Translations under genes and position numbers: made by a program | NCBI GenBank assembly: GCA_905235045.1 | Contig: CAJOJO010000009.1 | Location: 4,241-68,240 of the forward strand | Source: an uncultured Bacilli bacterium | GTDB taxonomy: Bacteria; Bacillota_I; Bacilli_A; RF39; UBA660 | Direction: 5' to 3' | Length of the DNA: 64,000 nt | The notes under the pieces: generated by a model | What the model was told of the DNA's origin: nothing | The model's input: the letters and a program-made list of their open reading frames with translations, nothing else | Databases searched by the model: none | Shown here: positions 19,679 through 30,135 of the stretch, piece by piece | Numbering within the stretch: position 1 is the stretch's first letter | Layout of the letters: each line of letters begins with the position of its first letter

Positions 19679-20566
19679 TTATAATTCTAGTGCTACTGCT
19701 TTAGAATTAGTTTTAAATTTATTTATTAATTGCAATAGTTCTGTATTATAACCTATATCAATAATAATCATTGTTCCAAATAAGGCACTTGGCATATTTC
19801 TTTTTCTTATTGTTCCCTTAATATTACGATAATATCCATTTCGAGAAATAATTGTTAGCGATCCTGAATAAGCTTTAATAAATTCTTCAATATCGTGCAA
19901 TCCTAATCCGCCAAAACTATTTGGTTTTGTCGAATTACCCATTTTAACAGCCCATGATATATATTCAGCATCATTATCGTGAAAACGATTATTTATGTAT
20001 GGTGCCACCACACATGGTATTGTAGCGCCACAATCAAATATAGAAAATCGCACATGTTGAATATTTGGATATTTTTGACCGCAACAACATATAAGATTAG
20101 TTTTTCCATGTGTTCTCGCATTTATAAATGCTTCACTTAAATATTTAATAATATAATCCGTTGCATCAATACCTAATGATAAATTCTTTAATAATTCGTC
20201 CTTTGCATATGTATCAAAACAATCCGTTTCATTGTTTAACAAATCATTCTCAAAATTTTTAAAATGAATAGCCGTATTTTTACTAAACATACTTGTATTA
20301 TTTCCAAAAATATCATGGGATAATAATATTTCTTTTATTTTATCGCTGATATTAATCATTGTGATAGTGTTGTCTGTAGTTCTTGCAATTTCATATAATA
20401 CTCCAATTATAACTATAATTTCCCCACACACAAATTTAGTTTTTTTAAAATCTAGTATTATATTATTCTTAGTCACACTTTTTATATGATTATATATTTG
20501 AATAAAACTTAAAAGTGTTTCCTCTTCATTATCAATATTTACAGGCATCTCAAACAAATATATCAC
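19679..20566 (-). CDS. GHKL/HATPase_c-type ATP-binding protein with N-terminal STAS-like region (no HisKA)
   Basis: N-box EAFINARTHG and G2-box GGLGLHDIEEFIKAYSGSLTIIS of Bergerat ATPases (SpoIIAB/RsbW-like). N-terminus has a STAS-like pattern (IILDFKKTKFVCGEIIVIIGVLYEI). Confidence 0.45.
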   Translation of the reverse strand: MIYLFEMPVNIDNEEETLLSFIQIYNHIKSVTKNNIILDFKKTKFVCGEIIVIIGVLYEIARTTDNTITMINISDKIKEILLSHDIFGNNTSMFSKNTAIHFKNFENDLLNNETDCFDTYAKDELLKNLSLGIDATDYIIKYLSEAFINARTHGKTNLICCCGQKYPNIQHVRFSIFDCGATIPCVVAPYINNRFHDNDAEYISWAVKMGNSTKPNSFGGLGLHDIEEFIKAYSGSLTIISRNGYYRNIKGTIRKRNMPSALFGTMIIIDIGYNTELLQLINKFKTNSKAVALEL

Positions 20567-20650
20567 CTACCACAAAATTGCATTACATAAGTATATTAAT
20601 TATATCATTTAGCACTATTTACATCAATATTTTTTGTATTTTTAAATAGT

Positions 20651-21262
20651 CTATTTTTCTTCATCATAAACTTCACTAATAACCCTATCTTTTAATGTAA
20701 CCTCTATTTTCGAAAGAATTGTTGCTGGATCTAAATCCTTATGATCATGGGATAATTGACATTTTTCCGGTTTAATAAAATATTGCACTTTTTCAGAACT
20801 ATCCTTCTTGCCAACATACAAAACAATTACTGTATTATTTTGTTTATCATGTTTAACATCAGTTTCTAACCAATAATTTGTATCAAGTTTAGTTTTTTTC
20901 TTTATTTCCGGAACATACCAATCATCAATTCGAATTAATTCAGCACTTTTAAGCATTGGTATGTTTAAAATTTTAAGACAATCTTTATATATCTCATCAA
21001 TATCATCAACATTAATTTCTTGATTACATATAGGGCAAAGTAAATAACCTCTAGGCCTATCATATTTTAATTCTTGTTCTTGATGTTTTATACAATGTAA
21101 ATGAATACCATTTTGACAACAATAATAATGTCGCTTCCAGTTTTCTTCTTTTTCATAAAAATTTGTACAATTACCATATGTTAAACTGTTTACAGTATTA
21201 GCCAAACTACATTGGCGAAAACAAATTTTATCATTATAACTAATTAAAACTTCACTTTTCAT
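20651..21262 (-). CDS. Cysteine-rich (zinc-ribbon-like) hypothetical protein
   Basis: Multiple Cys pairs (CFRQC, CC, CPICN) in a 203-aa protein. Confidence 0.35.
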   Translation of the reverse strand: MKSEVLISYNDKICFRQCSLANTVNSLTYGNCTNFYEKEENWKRHYYCCQNGIHLHCIKHQEQELKYDRPRGYLLCPICNQEINVDDIDEIYKDCLKILNIPMLKSAELIRIDDWYVPEIKKKTKLDTNYWLETDVKHDKQNNTVIVLYVGKKDSSEKVQYFIKPEKCQLSHDHKDLDPATILSKIEVTLKDRVISEVYDEEK

Positions 21263-21520
21263 AATTTAATCTTCCTTTATATAACTTTTTACTAATTAAA
21301 TTATATAATAAAAGTTGATTATTATCAATAAACTATCTATAGTTTTAGAGATCTATCTAAATAATTGGAATCTTGTAATAATTCAATACTACTATTGTTA
21401 AAAATTTTATACGCCTCTACTTTTGCCTTAATAATATTTTCATCAGTATTACAAAAGTTTTTAAGTCGGGATTTTGACTTAATTTAACTCATTTTTGTTT
21501 ATTTTTGTATTTTTTTGTAT

Positions 21521-22345
21521 TTAATTTACTAATTGATATATAGCTGTATCAGTAATCGTAAACATATCTAAAACATCATTTCCTATATATATTTGAACTT
21601 TTCCAAAGTCTTTTGTTTTTATAATTGCAATATTTGGTCGTGCATAATCTAAAATAGTATATGATAATCCATCAAATTGTGATGGAGCTAAAACACCACA
21701 TTCATTTCCAACAACTGGGGCTTTATCAAGAGGATATACTCGCCATGAGTCAGCTTCAGGACTCAAGTTTAATACTTTCTGATTTTTAACTTTTACATCT
21801 TTTAAATATTTCCACTCAGCTACACCTCTTATTATATTTGTATTATCCATAAAAAAAGCATCTTCTAGTTTCATTTGATTTGGTATACAATAAACACCGT
21901 CTTCATTTGGGAACCAGTCATCCTGTTTTCCTCTTCCAACTTCAATGTGACAATGAACACCTGTAGCTTTTCCTGCATTACCCATATTACCAATTTTTAC
22001 TCCTTGCTTTATAGATTGACCTACATAACAATTAATAACATTATCATGACCACATAAAAATGTAACATAATCAATGCTTCCATCAGCGAGTCTAACTTTT
22101 TCTATTGATTGCCACCAAACAAAGGCATAAGTTCTATTTATATTTACACATCTAACATCTACTGGAGCATAATATGGATATCTTATACCAGATCGTTCTC
22201 CTATAATGTCATTAGCTTCACTTCCCATATGTGATGGTGTATCGTCAGCACCCTGTGTGCAATACCAATCAGTAAAAGGACACAATACATCTTGTATTCC
22301 TCCTCTTATACTTTGCTGTCCTTTTTCCATACTATTCACCACCAC
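21521..22345 (-). CDS. M23 family metallopeptidase, endolysin-like (paired with holin)
   Basis: GQSIKQGVKIGNMGNAGKATGVHCHIEV matches the LytM/M23 C-terminal block (GxTGxxTGPHLHFE). Overlaps the holin gene stop by 14 nt (lysis-cassette arrangement). Confidence 0.6.
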   Translation of the reverse strand: MVVNSMEKGQQSIRGGIQDVLCPFTDWYCTQGADDTPSHMGSEANDIIGERSGIRYPYYAPVDVRCVNINRTYAFVWWQSIEKVRLADGSIDYVTFLCGHDNVINCYVGQSIKQGVKIGNMGNAGKATGVHCHIEVGRGKQDDWFPNEDGVYCIPNQMKLEDAFFMDNTNIIRGVAEWKYLKDVKVKNQKVLNLSPEADSWRVYPLDKAPVVGNECGVLAPSQFDGLSYTILDYARPNIAIIKTKDFGKVQIYIGNDVLDMFTITDTAIYQLVN

Positions 22346-22682
22346 TCATCTTTTCAAAATACTTTTTGAATGGTAGCTTAATTCCTAACTCACCAAGATT
22401 TTCATACACTGAAACTCCTTCAGTAGCTATGCACACAATCGCACTACCAATTAAAAACAAATTTACCTTAACAAAATAATCGATAGCAAATCCCAAGATT
22501 AATGCCACTACCCATGAAATTTTTTTTATAAATCCATCCCTAGAAATAGATGAATTTACTTTCTTATTTTTAATTGCTTTTAAATAGCCAGTTAGAATAT
22601 CTGAAAATACAAATATACCACATAATAGAAATAAAGTTTTAGGATTATTTACTTCCAATATTTTTTGAACAAATTCCTCCAT
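22332..22682 (-). CDS. Holin, TcdE/phage_holin_4_1 family
   Basis: 116 aa with 3 TM helices and a charged C-terminus. LFLLCGIFVFSDILTGYLKAIKNKK resembles the TcdE-type holin N-terminus. Directly upstream of the M23 peptidase. Confidence 0.55.
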   Translation of the reverse strand: MEEFVQKILEVNNPKTLFLLCGIFVFSDILTGYLKAIKNKKVNSSISRDGFIKKISWVVALILGFAIDYFVKVNLFLIGSAIVCIATEGVSVYENLGELGIKLPFKKYFEKMSGGE

Positions 22683-22772
22683 ATCATTTCCTCCTTTTAC
22701 AAGTTAATGATATATCAGTATCTACTAGATATTCACTAGACAAAAAAAGAATTTAGATATTTCTAAATTCTT

Positions 22773-23423
22773 TCAATTAAACTTCACAATATACCAATGT
22801 TCCTTCATTTTTTTAATTGAATTAACTCCATCAACAAGATTATTAATCTTTTTCTTATCAACTGATGAATAGATTATACTTGTTCCTTCATCCGGAAATG
22901 ATCCTATGATTTTAAACTCAATAAGTATATCTTTTTTATTAAACAAATGTATATATACTTCATCATTTATTGATAAATTTTTATATTGAGTAGGCAATTT
23001 TAAATAATTGTTTTCTTCTACCAAATCGAGTTGTTTAATATAATTTATAGCATTTACCCTGTCATCATATTTATTTTTAAATTCAATATTTAATTTAATA
23101 GTGGCAGGATTAAAAACAACAAATAAAAAAGTAAAAGTTGCTAAAAAAATTATTGGATAAACATCGCTTATAGTTTTAACTTCAATAAGTTTTTTGAATG
23201 ACAAAAATAATAATAGTATATATCCAAAAAAAATTATAAAAATTGGTGTTCCAACTAATAGCAAAACAATAATAAACAATTCATCGAAAAACCAAAACAA
23301 TACAAAAGAATAAACGAATAGTAAAAATTCAAAACATATCAATTTCATATTTGTTATATTTTTTAACATAATATCACTAACCTTTATTATATTAATAATA
23401 GCATGATTACCTAATTTTTTCAA
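22773..23423 (-). CDS. Polytopic membrane protein, candidate immunity protein for the RHS C-terminal toxin
   Basis: Four TM helices plus a C-terminal soluble domain. Sits immediately 3' of the RHS toxin C-terminus, the canonical immunity position. Confidence 0.4.
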   Translation of the reverse strand: MKKLGNHAIINIIKVSDIMLKNITNMKLICFEFLLFVYSFVLFWFFDELFIIVLLLVGTPIFIIFFGYILLLFLSFKKLIEVKTISDVYPIIFLATFTFLFVVFNPATIKLNIEFKNKYDDRVNAINYIKQLDLVEENNYLKLPTQYKNLSINDEVYIHLFNKKDILIEFKIIGSFPDEGTSIIYSSVDKKKINNLVDGVNSIKKMKEHWYIVKFN

Positions 23424-23568
23424 GTGAAATCTTTCTATTAAATTTTTAATATTTGCTAACTTTTTGATTATATTAGTATATTATCAAAAGTTTAATTTGT
23501 AATAATTAACAATAAAAATCTACGTGAAATAAATACGTAGATTTTTTAAATTAATACTGGACAATCTC

Positions 23569-25020
23569 TTATTTCATATTGTCATATAAATGATATCCTA
23601 AAGTAATATAATATGTATCTCTTGGATCATCACAAACTGAAGCGGTAAAACAATTTACATAAGTTTCAAGATTATTCCAGTGCTCTTTTAATTGATATAA
23701 CCCAGCTCCTGTCGTTAAGAAATCTAGATCATAACCTATTGCATTTCCTATATATCCAAAATTGATATTTCCTGCATCTTCGGGATCTAAAACTATACCA
23801 TTATACGAAAATGATTTGTTCCACTCAGGAGTTCGCTTTAAGTCAAATTTTCCTCCTGATCCAACATCTTCAACAAAATTAATTAAATTAACTACAGCAG
23901 GTTTATATTTTGTTTCAGCAATTACATCAGCTGCATTTTTTTTCAAAGTATCATTAAATTTTTTAGTTTTATCTGGAACTTTTTTCTTTTGTGTCTTTGC
24001 AATCGCTTTTTTAGCTTTTGAATTTTGACAATCAGTATTTACAAGGGAAATTGCTCCTACAATTACAACAGCTGCAACTATAAGTGTAAATAATCCATGT
24101 CCATCAGGATCAGTATAATTTATAGGGTTATTATTACAATATAAGTACATATTATATCCTAAAACCCCTGTATCAGTTGATAAATAATTATCAGCATTAA
24201 TAAATCTACCCCATAATGGATTATAATATCTACTATTTAAATAATATAGTTTAGTTTCTTTATCATAATAAAAACTTCTGTATCTATATGGATTAATATT
24301 TGCTATATGATTACTATTATTAGAAACATCTAAACCTGTACCATCCGTAATAGAAATTATAGTACCCCATGAATCATATTCATAATTTGCAACAATGTTA
24401 TTATTACTATCAATTATTTGTATAATATCATTTTGTGCATTTTTTACGTAATAATATGTATCATTATTATATTGTAATCCAATCAATCCATTTGCACTAT
24501 TTCGTAGATAATAAATAATGTCATTATTTCTTGTTTCAAAAACAACATCGTTATTCTCAATATAATAGCTAGTATCAACATTATTTATTGTCTTCTTAAT
24601 TCTTATGCCATCTTTGTCATATTTATAGTTGATTGATAAATTTAAATTACTATCAATATAACTTTCAAGCTGTCTACCATTTATCCATGTAAGTGATATA
24701 TTATTACTTATTGATGTTGGATTACCAATATTATCATATACTATAGAATTACCATTAAAAGTTGTTAATTGATCTGTCCAATCATGATTATTATATTCAA
24801 ATTTATAATTTTCTAATTGATTATATGTATCTAGTTCATATACTGTTTTTTTTGTCATATTACCATATTTATTATACTTATATCTTATTGTGATACCCAA
24901 ACTATAATCATCTTCTCTAATTAATTCATTATACTTATCGTAATAATATTTTTTTTCTAAAGTGTTATCATTATATATACAACTAATGTTACCTAATTTA
25001 TTATATTTATACTTTATCAA
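23569..25020 (-). CDS. RHS-repeat protein, C-terminal part: YD repeats, RHS core end, TM helix and ~150-aa C-terminal toxin domain (3' portion of a frameshifted gene)
   Basis: YD-repeat units. Core-domain terminus YYNPLWGRFINADNYL...NPINYTDPDGH (the DPxGL boundary), followed by LFTLIVAAVVIVGAISLV and a unique domain. Confidence 0.6.
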   Translation of the reverse strand: MIKYKYNKLGNISCIYNDNTLEKKYYYDKYNELIREDDYSLGITIRYKYNKYGNMTKKTVYELDTYNQLENYKFEYNNHDWTDQLTTFNGNSIVYDNIGNPTSISNNISLTWINGRQLESYIDSNLNLSINYKYDKDGIRIKKTINNVDTSYYIENNDVVFETRNNDIIYYLRNSANGLIGLQYNNDTYYYVKNAQNDIIQIIDSNNNIVANYEYDSWGTIISITDGTGLDVSNNSNHIANINPYRYRSFYYDKETKLYYLNSRYYNPLWGRFINADNYLSTDTGVLGYNMYLYCNNNPINYTDPDGHGLFTLIVAAVVIVGAISLVNTDCQNSKAKKAIAKTQKKKVPDKTKKFNDTLKKNAADVIAETKYKPAVVNLINFVEDVGSGGKFDLKRTPEWNKSFSYNGIVLDPEDAGNINFGYIGNAIGYDLDFLTTGAGLYQLKEHWNNLETYVNCFTASVCDDPRDTYYITLGYHLYDNMK

Positions 25021-28000
25021 ATTATTATTATTAGTATAGAAGTTCGCTTACCATTTGATACATAATCATATTTGGTTTCATAGTAATTATTTATTTTACT
25101 TTTAGTAATTCTTCCTAATTCGTCATATGTATTATCTAAACTAGAATTATCTAACAAGCAATTACTTATTCCATCGCCATCATTTAATGTATTATCTATT
25201 GTATGTGATGCATTATTTAATAAATATGTTTTTGAAACAATATTGTTATTTGCATCATAACTATATTTAATTGTAAAATTTCCATTTTTTAACATTGAAA
25301 GTCTCTTTGCCAAATCATACACATACTTAATTGAATTTTCGTTAGTTACTATTTTAAGTAAATCACCATTGCTACCATATTTATAATTATAAATATTATC
25401 CATAGTAGTTAATTTAATAATTCTACCAAATTCATCGTAATCAAATCGTATTTCTTGATTATTGCCATATTTAGAAGTAATTAAATTACCATTATTTGAT
25501 TCATATGTATTGGTCATCATTGTAATATTATTACCAATTTTAACTTTAGAAACATTTAAAAATTCATCATATTCATATTTGTAAATTCTATCATCTTGAG
25601 ATATTTGTGATATATGATTATTATTATTATAAATATAATTTATAACTTTATCACCTGAAGAAATTGATGATATTTGATTTTTATTATTATATTCATAATT
25701 AGTTATTATAATATCATTGTTATTAATTGATTTTATTAACCCTGACACTTGATCATATTCATATTTAGTAGTTTTAAAATTTGAATCAATAGTTTTTGAT
25801 ATAAATCTTCCATCAGTTGTATACTCAGCACTTTTTTCAATAAATTTGCTATTAGTTATACTTTCAAAATAAAATTCATATGCAGGATCACTATTAACTA
25901 AATCATCAATTATTAAATTATTATTTGATACTTTTAAAAACTTTTGTGTTTGCTTGTTTTTTATCACAAAACTACCATTATCATGTCTATCAAATTCGAA
26001 AAGTGAATTATCATTTTGATAGTTTGACATAATAATTGAACTATTACTTATTGTAATATATTTTTCAATAATTGAATGTTTTATTTTAAAATAATCAATA
26101 TTATTTATAGTTACTTTTTCAATTATCCACTTACAATGTGCATGTAAATCTTCCTGTATATTAACTAGATTATTAATACAATTAATATTATTATATGTAC
26201 CACTTTGTCTTATAATATATACTCCATCAACTATTTCTTTACATTGTCCTCTATTAATCATTTTTGTTGATACAATATTACCAAACTCATCATAATCATA
26301 CTCAGTAGAAATTCCTATTTCTGATACACCTTTTAAAAGTTTATTATCACTATCATATTCATATGTAAATTTTTGGCCTTTTGGATTTTTTGAACTAATT
26401 AATTGATTTTGAACATTATATTTATATTCAGTCGTATTATTATCCAAGTGTTTGGTTTTAATTATATTACCTTCATCATCATAATCATATGTGCTATTTC
26501 TAATATCTTTAAACATATTTATATTTGTTATATAAAACTCATTACCATTTAATTCTTGGTTAAAAATAATATTTACTGCATTAAAATCCCATGGAGCTAT
26601 CATTTGCGAAGAATAGAATTGCCATTCGTTTTCATTTGGATTAAGTGCTACTTCAAAAAATCCACCATCTGTTTGTTGTTGTTGAACCGGAATAAAACTA
26701 ACGAACACATTGCATCTTGTTCCACTTCCTAAACCTGTACCGCCTAATAGTCCTGTATGCTTATACCAAAATGATATATTAAATAAATCTCCTTCTCTAC
26801 CACATATATTTAGTCGTTGACTAATACTTGATGTATTTGAAGTATTCATATTAATTTTTAAGCAATTTACATTATCGACAGTAGTTGCTTCAAAAACAGA
26901 ACTAACCGGGAAATTTTGACCTGAATATTGTGTCCATTGACTTAATCCATTAGAAAAATCGGAATTTTCAATCATGTTATAATTATTTGCTACTTCACCA
27001 ATTTCTAATTGAAAATCGTCACAATAGTAATAACCAATTTCTTCCATTATAAGAATAATTTTCAGATTACTATTTGCATTTGATGGATAAAAAATTGTAA
27101 CATCATTTCTTTCAAATTCACTTTCTGTTGAAATAGTACTAGACGAAGATACTTCTTGATTATTTTCATCAATATAAGATAATCTAATTGTTAAATGTTT
27201 GTTGTCTGTTTTAAAATAACCACTAAAAGTATAGAATTTTCCTTTTTCTACAGAAACATCTTGATATGTCGATTGTACTGGATTTGCGCAAGTAATTCTT
27301 AAACTTTGGAAACCTGTATTAGCATAATTAGTAGTTGTTGTTAATGAAACATTATTATTTGGAACAAACAAAATATCATTTAAATCTGTACTTTCAAAGC
27401 TTGAATTTGTTAAAAAATTTTTAACATATCTTATAGGCATATTATTTTTTAAAAGTTTGTTTTTATAAGTGTTTTCACCAAAATATGATACACCATAATC
27501 AATATTTAAGCCATAACCATCATTAATATTGTTATATTCCTTTAATGTAGAAGTAGAAACAGGATTACCATAATCATTAAATGTTATTGTATTAGATCTT
27601 CCATACGAATCTAAAATTGTCGTTGCATTAAATCCATATGTTACTTCGTAATATTTTCCAAGTGTTTGATTACTACCATATTCACTTATTTTTTTTATTT
27701 TATATGGTAAATTACCATAATATTGATATTCTAATTTTTTTCCAGTAACATCTTCAATATCAGTAATTAAACTATTGTTATTATTTGATATACTTACAAC
27801 ACCAAGTGATGATTGAACGCTTATTAAATTATTACTATTATTATATGTTAAATAGAAAGTATCATCACTACTAATAATTGTTATTTGATTTGCGCTATAT
27901 TGAATGTTAATTTCATTTTCATTAACATCAGTAACTTTATTTATACGATTATTTGTATCATAGCTTATTGTTATTATATTATTGTTAATATCCTTAATTT

Positions 28001-29774
28001 CTGTCAAATATCCAATACCGTTTATTTTAAGAAATTTTTTTTCAGTTTTATTTTTATCTCTTAATATATAATAATTATCATTATTTTCTATTACTAAATT
28101 CAATCCATCCTCATCAAAAAATGTATTTTCATAAGTAGTAGTATTGTAGTTATTTGTATTATTATCATACATAACTCTTTGATTTAAAAAATAATGTATT
28201 GTCCCATCTTCGTCAATATATTCCAAATAATTAGTATTTTCAATTAATCGTGATTGTATTGTTTGATGATAATTTAATCTATATCCTATACCATAACCAA
28301 TATCATTCCCTAATACAACATCATTAGTATTATATACCAATTTTAAATTTGCCGGTAAATTACCTCCAATTGTTTGACCTATATTCATTATAGTTGTTAA
28401 ATTACCATTATAAAGATTGTGGCATATTTCACCTAAACTCATTTCTTGTCTTTGGTAACTCATATACTGTTCTAATCCATTTTGATTCCTATATGTTATT
28501 ATCAAATATGGTTTTGGGTTAGTACCTGTAACTGAATTGTTTTTTGAAAAAAACATAGGAATAATATCTGTTTTGTATACTTCATTACTTAATTTTAACA
28601 TCATACCATAGTTTGGAGTTTCTGTATACCATTTTTGAACTAAAGGAGTTATATCAGCACCTGATAAACTTAATATTATGTTACCATTACCATCTTCATA
28701 ATGAATTCTGCGACATATAAATGTTCCTTCTACTCTTGAATCAAATTTATCATTCATTGAATTCCATGTTGCTGTTGTTTCATCCCACGATGTTGTAATT
28801 CTATATATATTGACAATATCAGATGAATATGAAAATGTATAATCTGGATAATTTCGTAAATTTAATTTTGCTGAAATAACTTGACTTCCTGTTCCTAATG
28901 TGGGTAAATCAAATTTTAATAATGATCTATTTATTCTATCACTACCACTTATTCTTTCTACACCAACTTTTAAGAAATCTCTGCTATTTCTGTCATCATT
29001 TGTATCACCAGGATATATGTATGTGTCATACACATTACCATTTTGAGCATTATTCGTAATTGTTGGATCAATAATAACAGGATATTTAATACCTGAGTTT
29101 AACCACTCTTTATCAAGAATTGTTTTTAACTCATAACTATTATCTATTTTATTTAATTCATATTCTACATTGATATTAAGTTCACCACTTGAATCCATCA
29201 TAAATGGCACTTCAAACTTAAATACACATTCATCATTATTCATAGCGATTATACTATCATTTTCTAATTTTAAATCTAAATCAGTGTCAATCTTAAACAC
29301 TAATTTATCAATATCAGAATCTCTATCTTTTATATAAATGCTTTCTTTTACTCTAGATGAAACTAGATCATAACATATATCAACATTTTTTAAAACATTA
29401 ATATATTTTATTTTACCAATAAGTTTTGACATAGACTCTTCTTGTACTATATCAAATTGATTATAGTCTTTTAAAGAGAATGATATAAAATGATTATCTT
29501 TTTCTATTCTCATTAACTCAGGTTTAGGAACTGCAGTGAATAACACTTTATTTTCATTAGCTTTATTTACATAATGATCATCTTCTAAAATCAATGTGTT
29601 ATCAATTTCTTCAAACTTGCCATTATTAAAATAATGAATATTTTCATCATACATTTCTGCTCTGAATTCACCATTTTCTTGGAGAAAATGTTTTTCTTTA
29701 GGTCCTCTTTTATCGACTATTTCTATTTCTTTCATATTTACCTCCTTAATTTTTATATTTAGATAACTTTTCAA
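25017..29774 (-). CDS. RHS/YD-repeat protein, N-terminal 1585 aa (5' portion of a frameshifted gene), with beta-trefoil/lectin-like insert
   Basis: Dozens of YD repeats (YEYDSDNKLL, YDYDEFGNIV, YSYDANNNIVSKTY). Overlaps the next ORF by 4 nt in another frame inside an att-att-att run, and the YD repeats continue across the junction. Confidence 0.6.
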   Translation of the reverse strand: MKSYLNIKIKEVNMKEIEIVDKRGPKEKHFLQENGEFRAEMYDENIHYFNNGKFEEIDNTLILEDDHYVNKANENKVLFTAVPKPELMRIEKDNHFISFSLKDYNQFDIVQEESMSKLIGKIKYINVLKNVDICYDLVSSRVKESIYIKDRDSDIDKLVFKIDTDLDLKLENDSIIAMNNDECVFKFEVPFMMDSSGELNINVEYELNKIDNSYELKTILDKEWLNSGIKYPVIIDPTITNNAQNGNVYDTYIYPGDTNDDRNSRDFLKVGVERISGSDRINRSLLKFDLPTLGTGSQVISAKLNLRNYPDYTFSYSSDIVNIYRITTSWDETTATWNSMNDKFDSRVEGTFICRRIHYEDGNGNIILSLSGADITPLVQKWYTETPNYGMMLKLSNEVYKTDIIPMFFSKNNSVTGTNPKPYLIITYRNQNGLEQYMSYQRQEMSLGEICHNLYNGNLTTIMNIGQTIGGNLPANLKLVYNTNDVVLGNDIGYGIGYRLNYHQTIQSRLIENTNYLEYIDEDGTIHYFLNQRVMYDNNTNNYNTTTYENTFFDEDGLNLVIENNDNYYILRDKNKTEKKFLKINGIGYLTEIKDINNNIITISYDTNNRINKVTDVNENEINIQYSANQITIISSDDTFYLTYNNSNNLISVQSSLGVVSISNNNNSLITDIEDVTGKKLEYQYYGNLPYKIKKISEYGSNQTLGKYYEVTYGFNATTILDSYGRSNTITFNDYGNPVSTSTLKEYNNINDGYGLNIDYGVSYFGENTYKNKLLKNNMPIRYVKNFLTNSSFESTDLNDILFVPNNNVSLTTTTNYANTGFQSLRITCANPVQSTYQDVSVEKGKFYTFSGYFKTDNKHLTIRLSYIDENNQEVSSSSTISTESEFERNDVTIFYPSNANSNLKIILIMEEIGYYYCDDFQLEIGEVANNYNMIENSDFSNGLSQWTQYSGQNFPVSSVFEATTVDNVNCLKINMNTSNTSSISQRLNICGREGDLFNISFWYKHTGLLGGTGLGSGTRCNVFVSFIPVQQQQTDGGFFEVALNPNENEWQFYSSQMIAPWDFNAVNIIFNQELNGNEFYITNINMFKDIRNSTYDYDDEGNIIKTKHLDNNTTEYKYNVQNQLISSKNPKGQKFTYEYDSDNKLLKGVSEIGISTEYDYDEFGNIVSTKMINRGQCKEIVDGVYIIRQSGTYNNINCINNLVNIQEDLHAHCKWIIEKVTINNIDYFKIKHSIIEKYITISNSSIIMSNYQNDNSLFEFDRHDNGSFVIKNKQTQKFLKVSNNNLIIDDLVNSDPAYEFYFESITNSKFIEKSAEYTTDGRFISKTIDSNFKTTKYEYDQVSGLIKSINNNDIIITNYEYNNKNQISSISSGDKVINYIYNNNNHISQISQDDRIYKYEYDEFLNVSKVKIGNNITMMTNTYESNNGNLITSKYGNNQEIRFDYDEFGRIIKLTTMDNIYNYKYGSNGDLLKIVTNENSIKYVYDLAKRLSMLKNGNFTIKYSYDANNNIVSKTYLLNNASHTIDNTLNDGDGISNCLLDNSSLDNTYDELGRITKSKINNYYETKYDYVSNGKRTSILIIII

Positions 29775-30135
29775 TTTCTTTTTTTACATTTGGATAGTAA
29801 TTCTTCCATAATGTAGATACATCTTTATTTTCTTCTTCAGAAACTTTTTCAATTGCTTTAGAAACACTTGTCCCATTAATAACAATTTCTTTATATAATT
29901 TGTTTTCAATACCACTTAAATTACATATATCTTCTTCTATTTTTTTAATGACTTTGTTGTATTGGCTTATAGTTTTTTTAATCAGTTCTATTTCAGCTAA
30001 GATGCCTCTTTCATATTGAGTTAATAGTTTTAATCTTTCTTGCAAACTGTCTAACTCAACTTTTGTGTTAATATAGTTATCTATACATTTCATATAATAT
30101 TTCGCGAAAAAGAACATTACGCAGTTCTTTTCCAA
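29746..30135 (-). CDS. Hypothetical coiled-coil protein (129 aa)
   Basis: ORF between the tail-collar gene and the RHS gene. Overlaps both ends. Confidence 0.35.
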   Translation of the reverse strand: MEKNCVMFFFAKYYMKCIDNYINTKVELDSLQERLKLLTQYERGILAEIELIKKTISQYNKVIKKIEEDICNLSGIENKLYKEIVINGTSVSKAIEKVSEEENKDVSTLWKNYYPNVKKEIEKLSKYKN

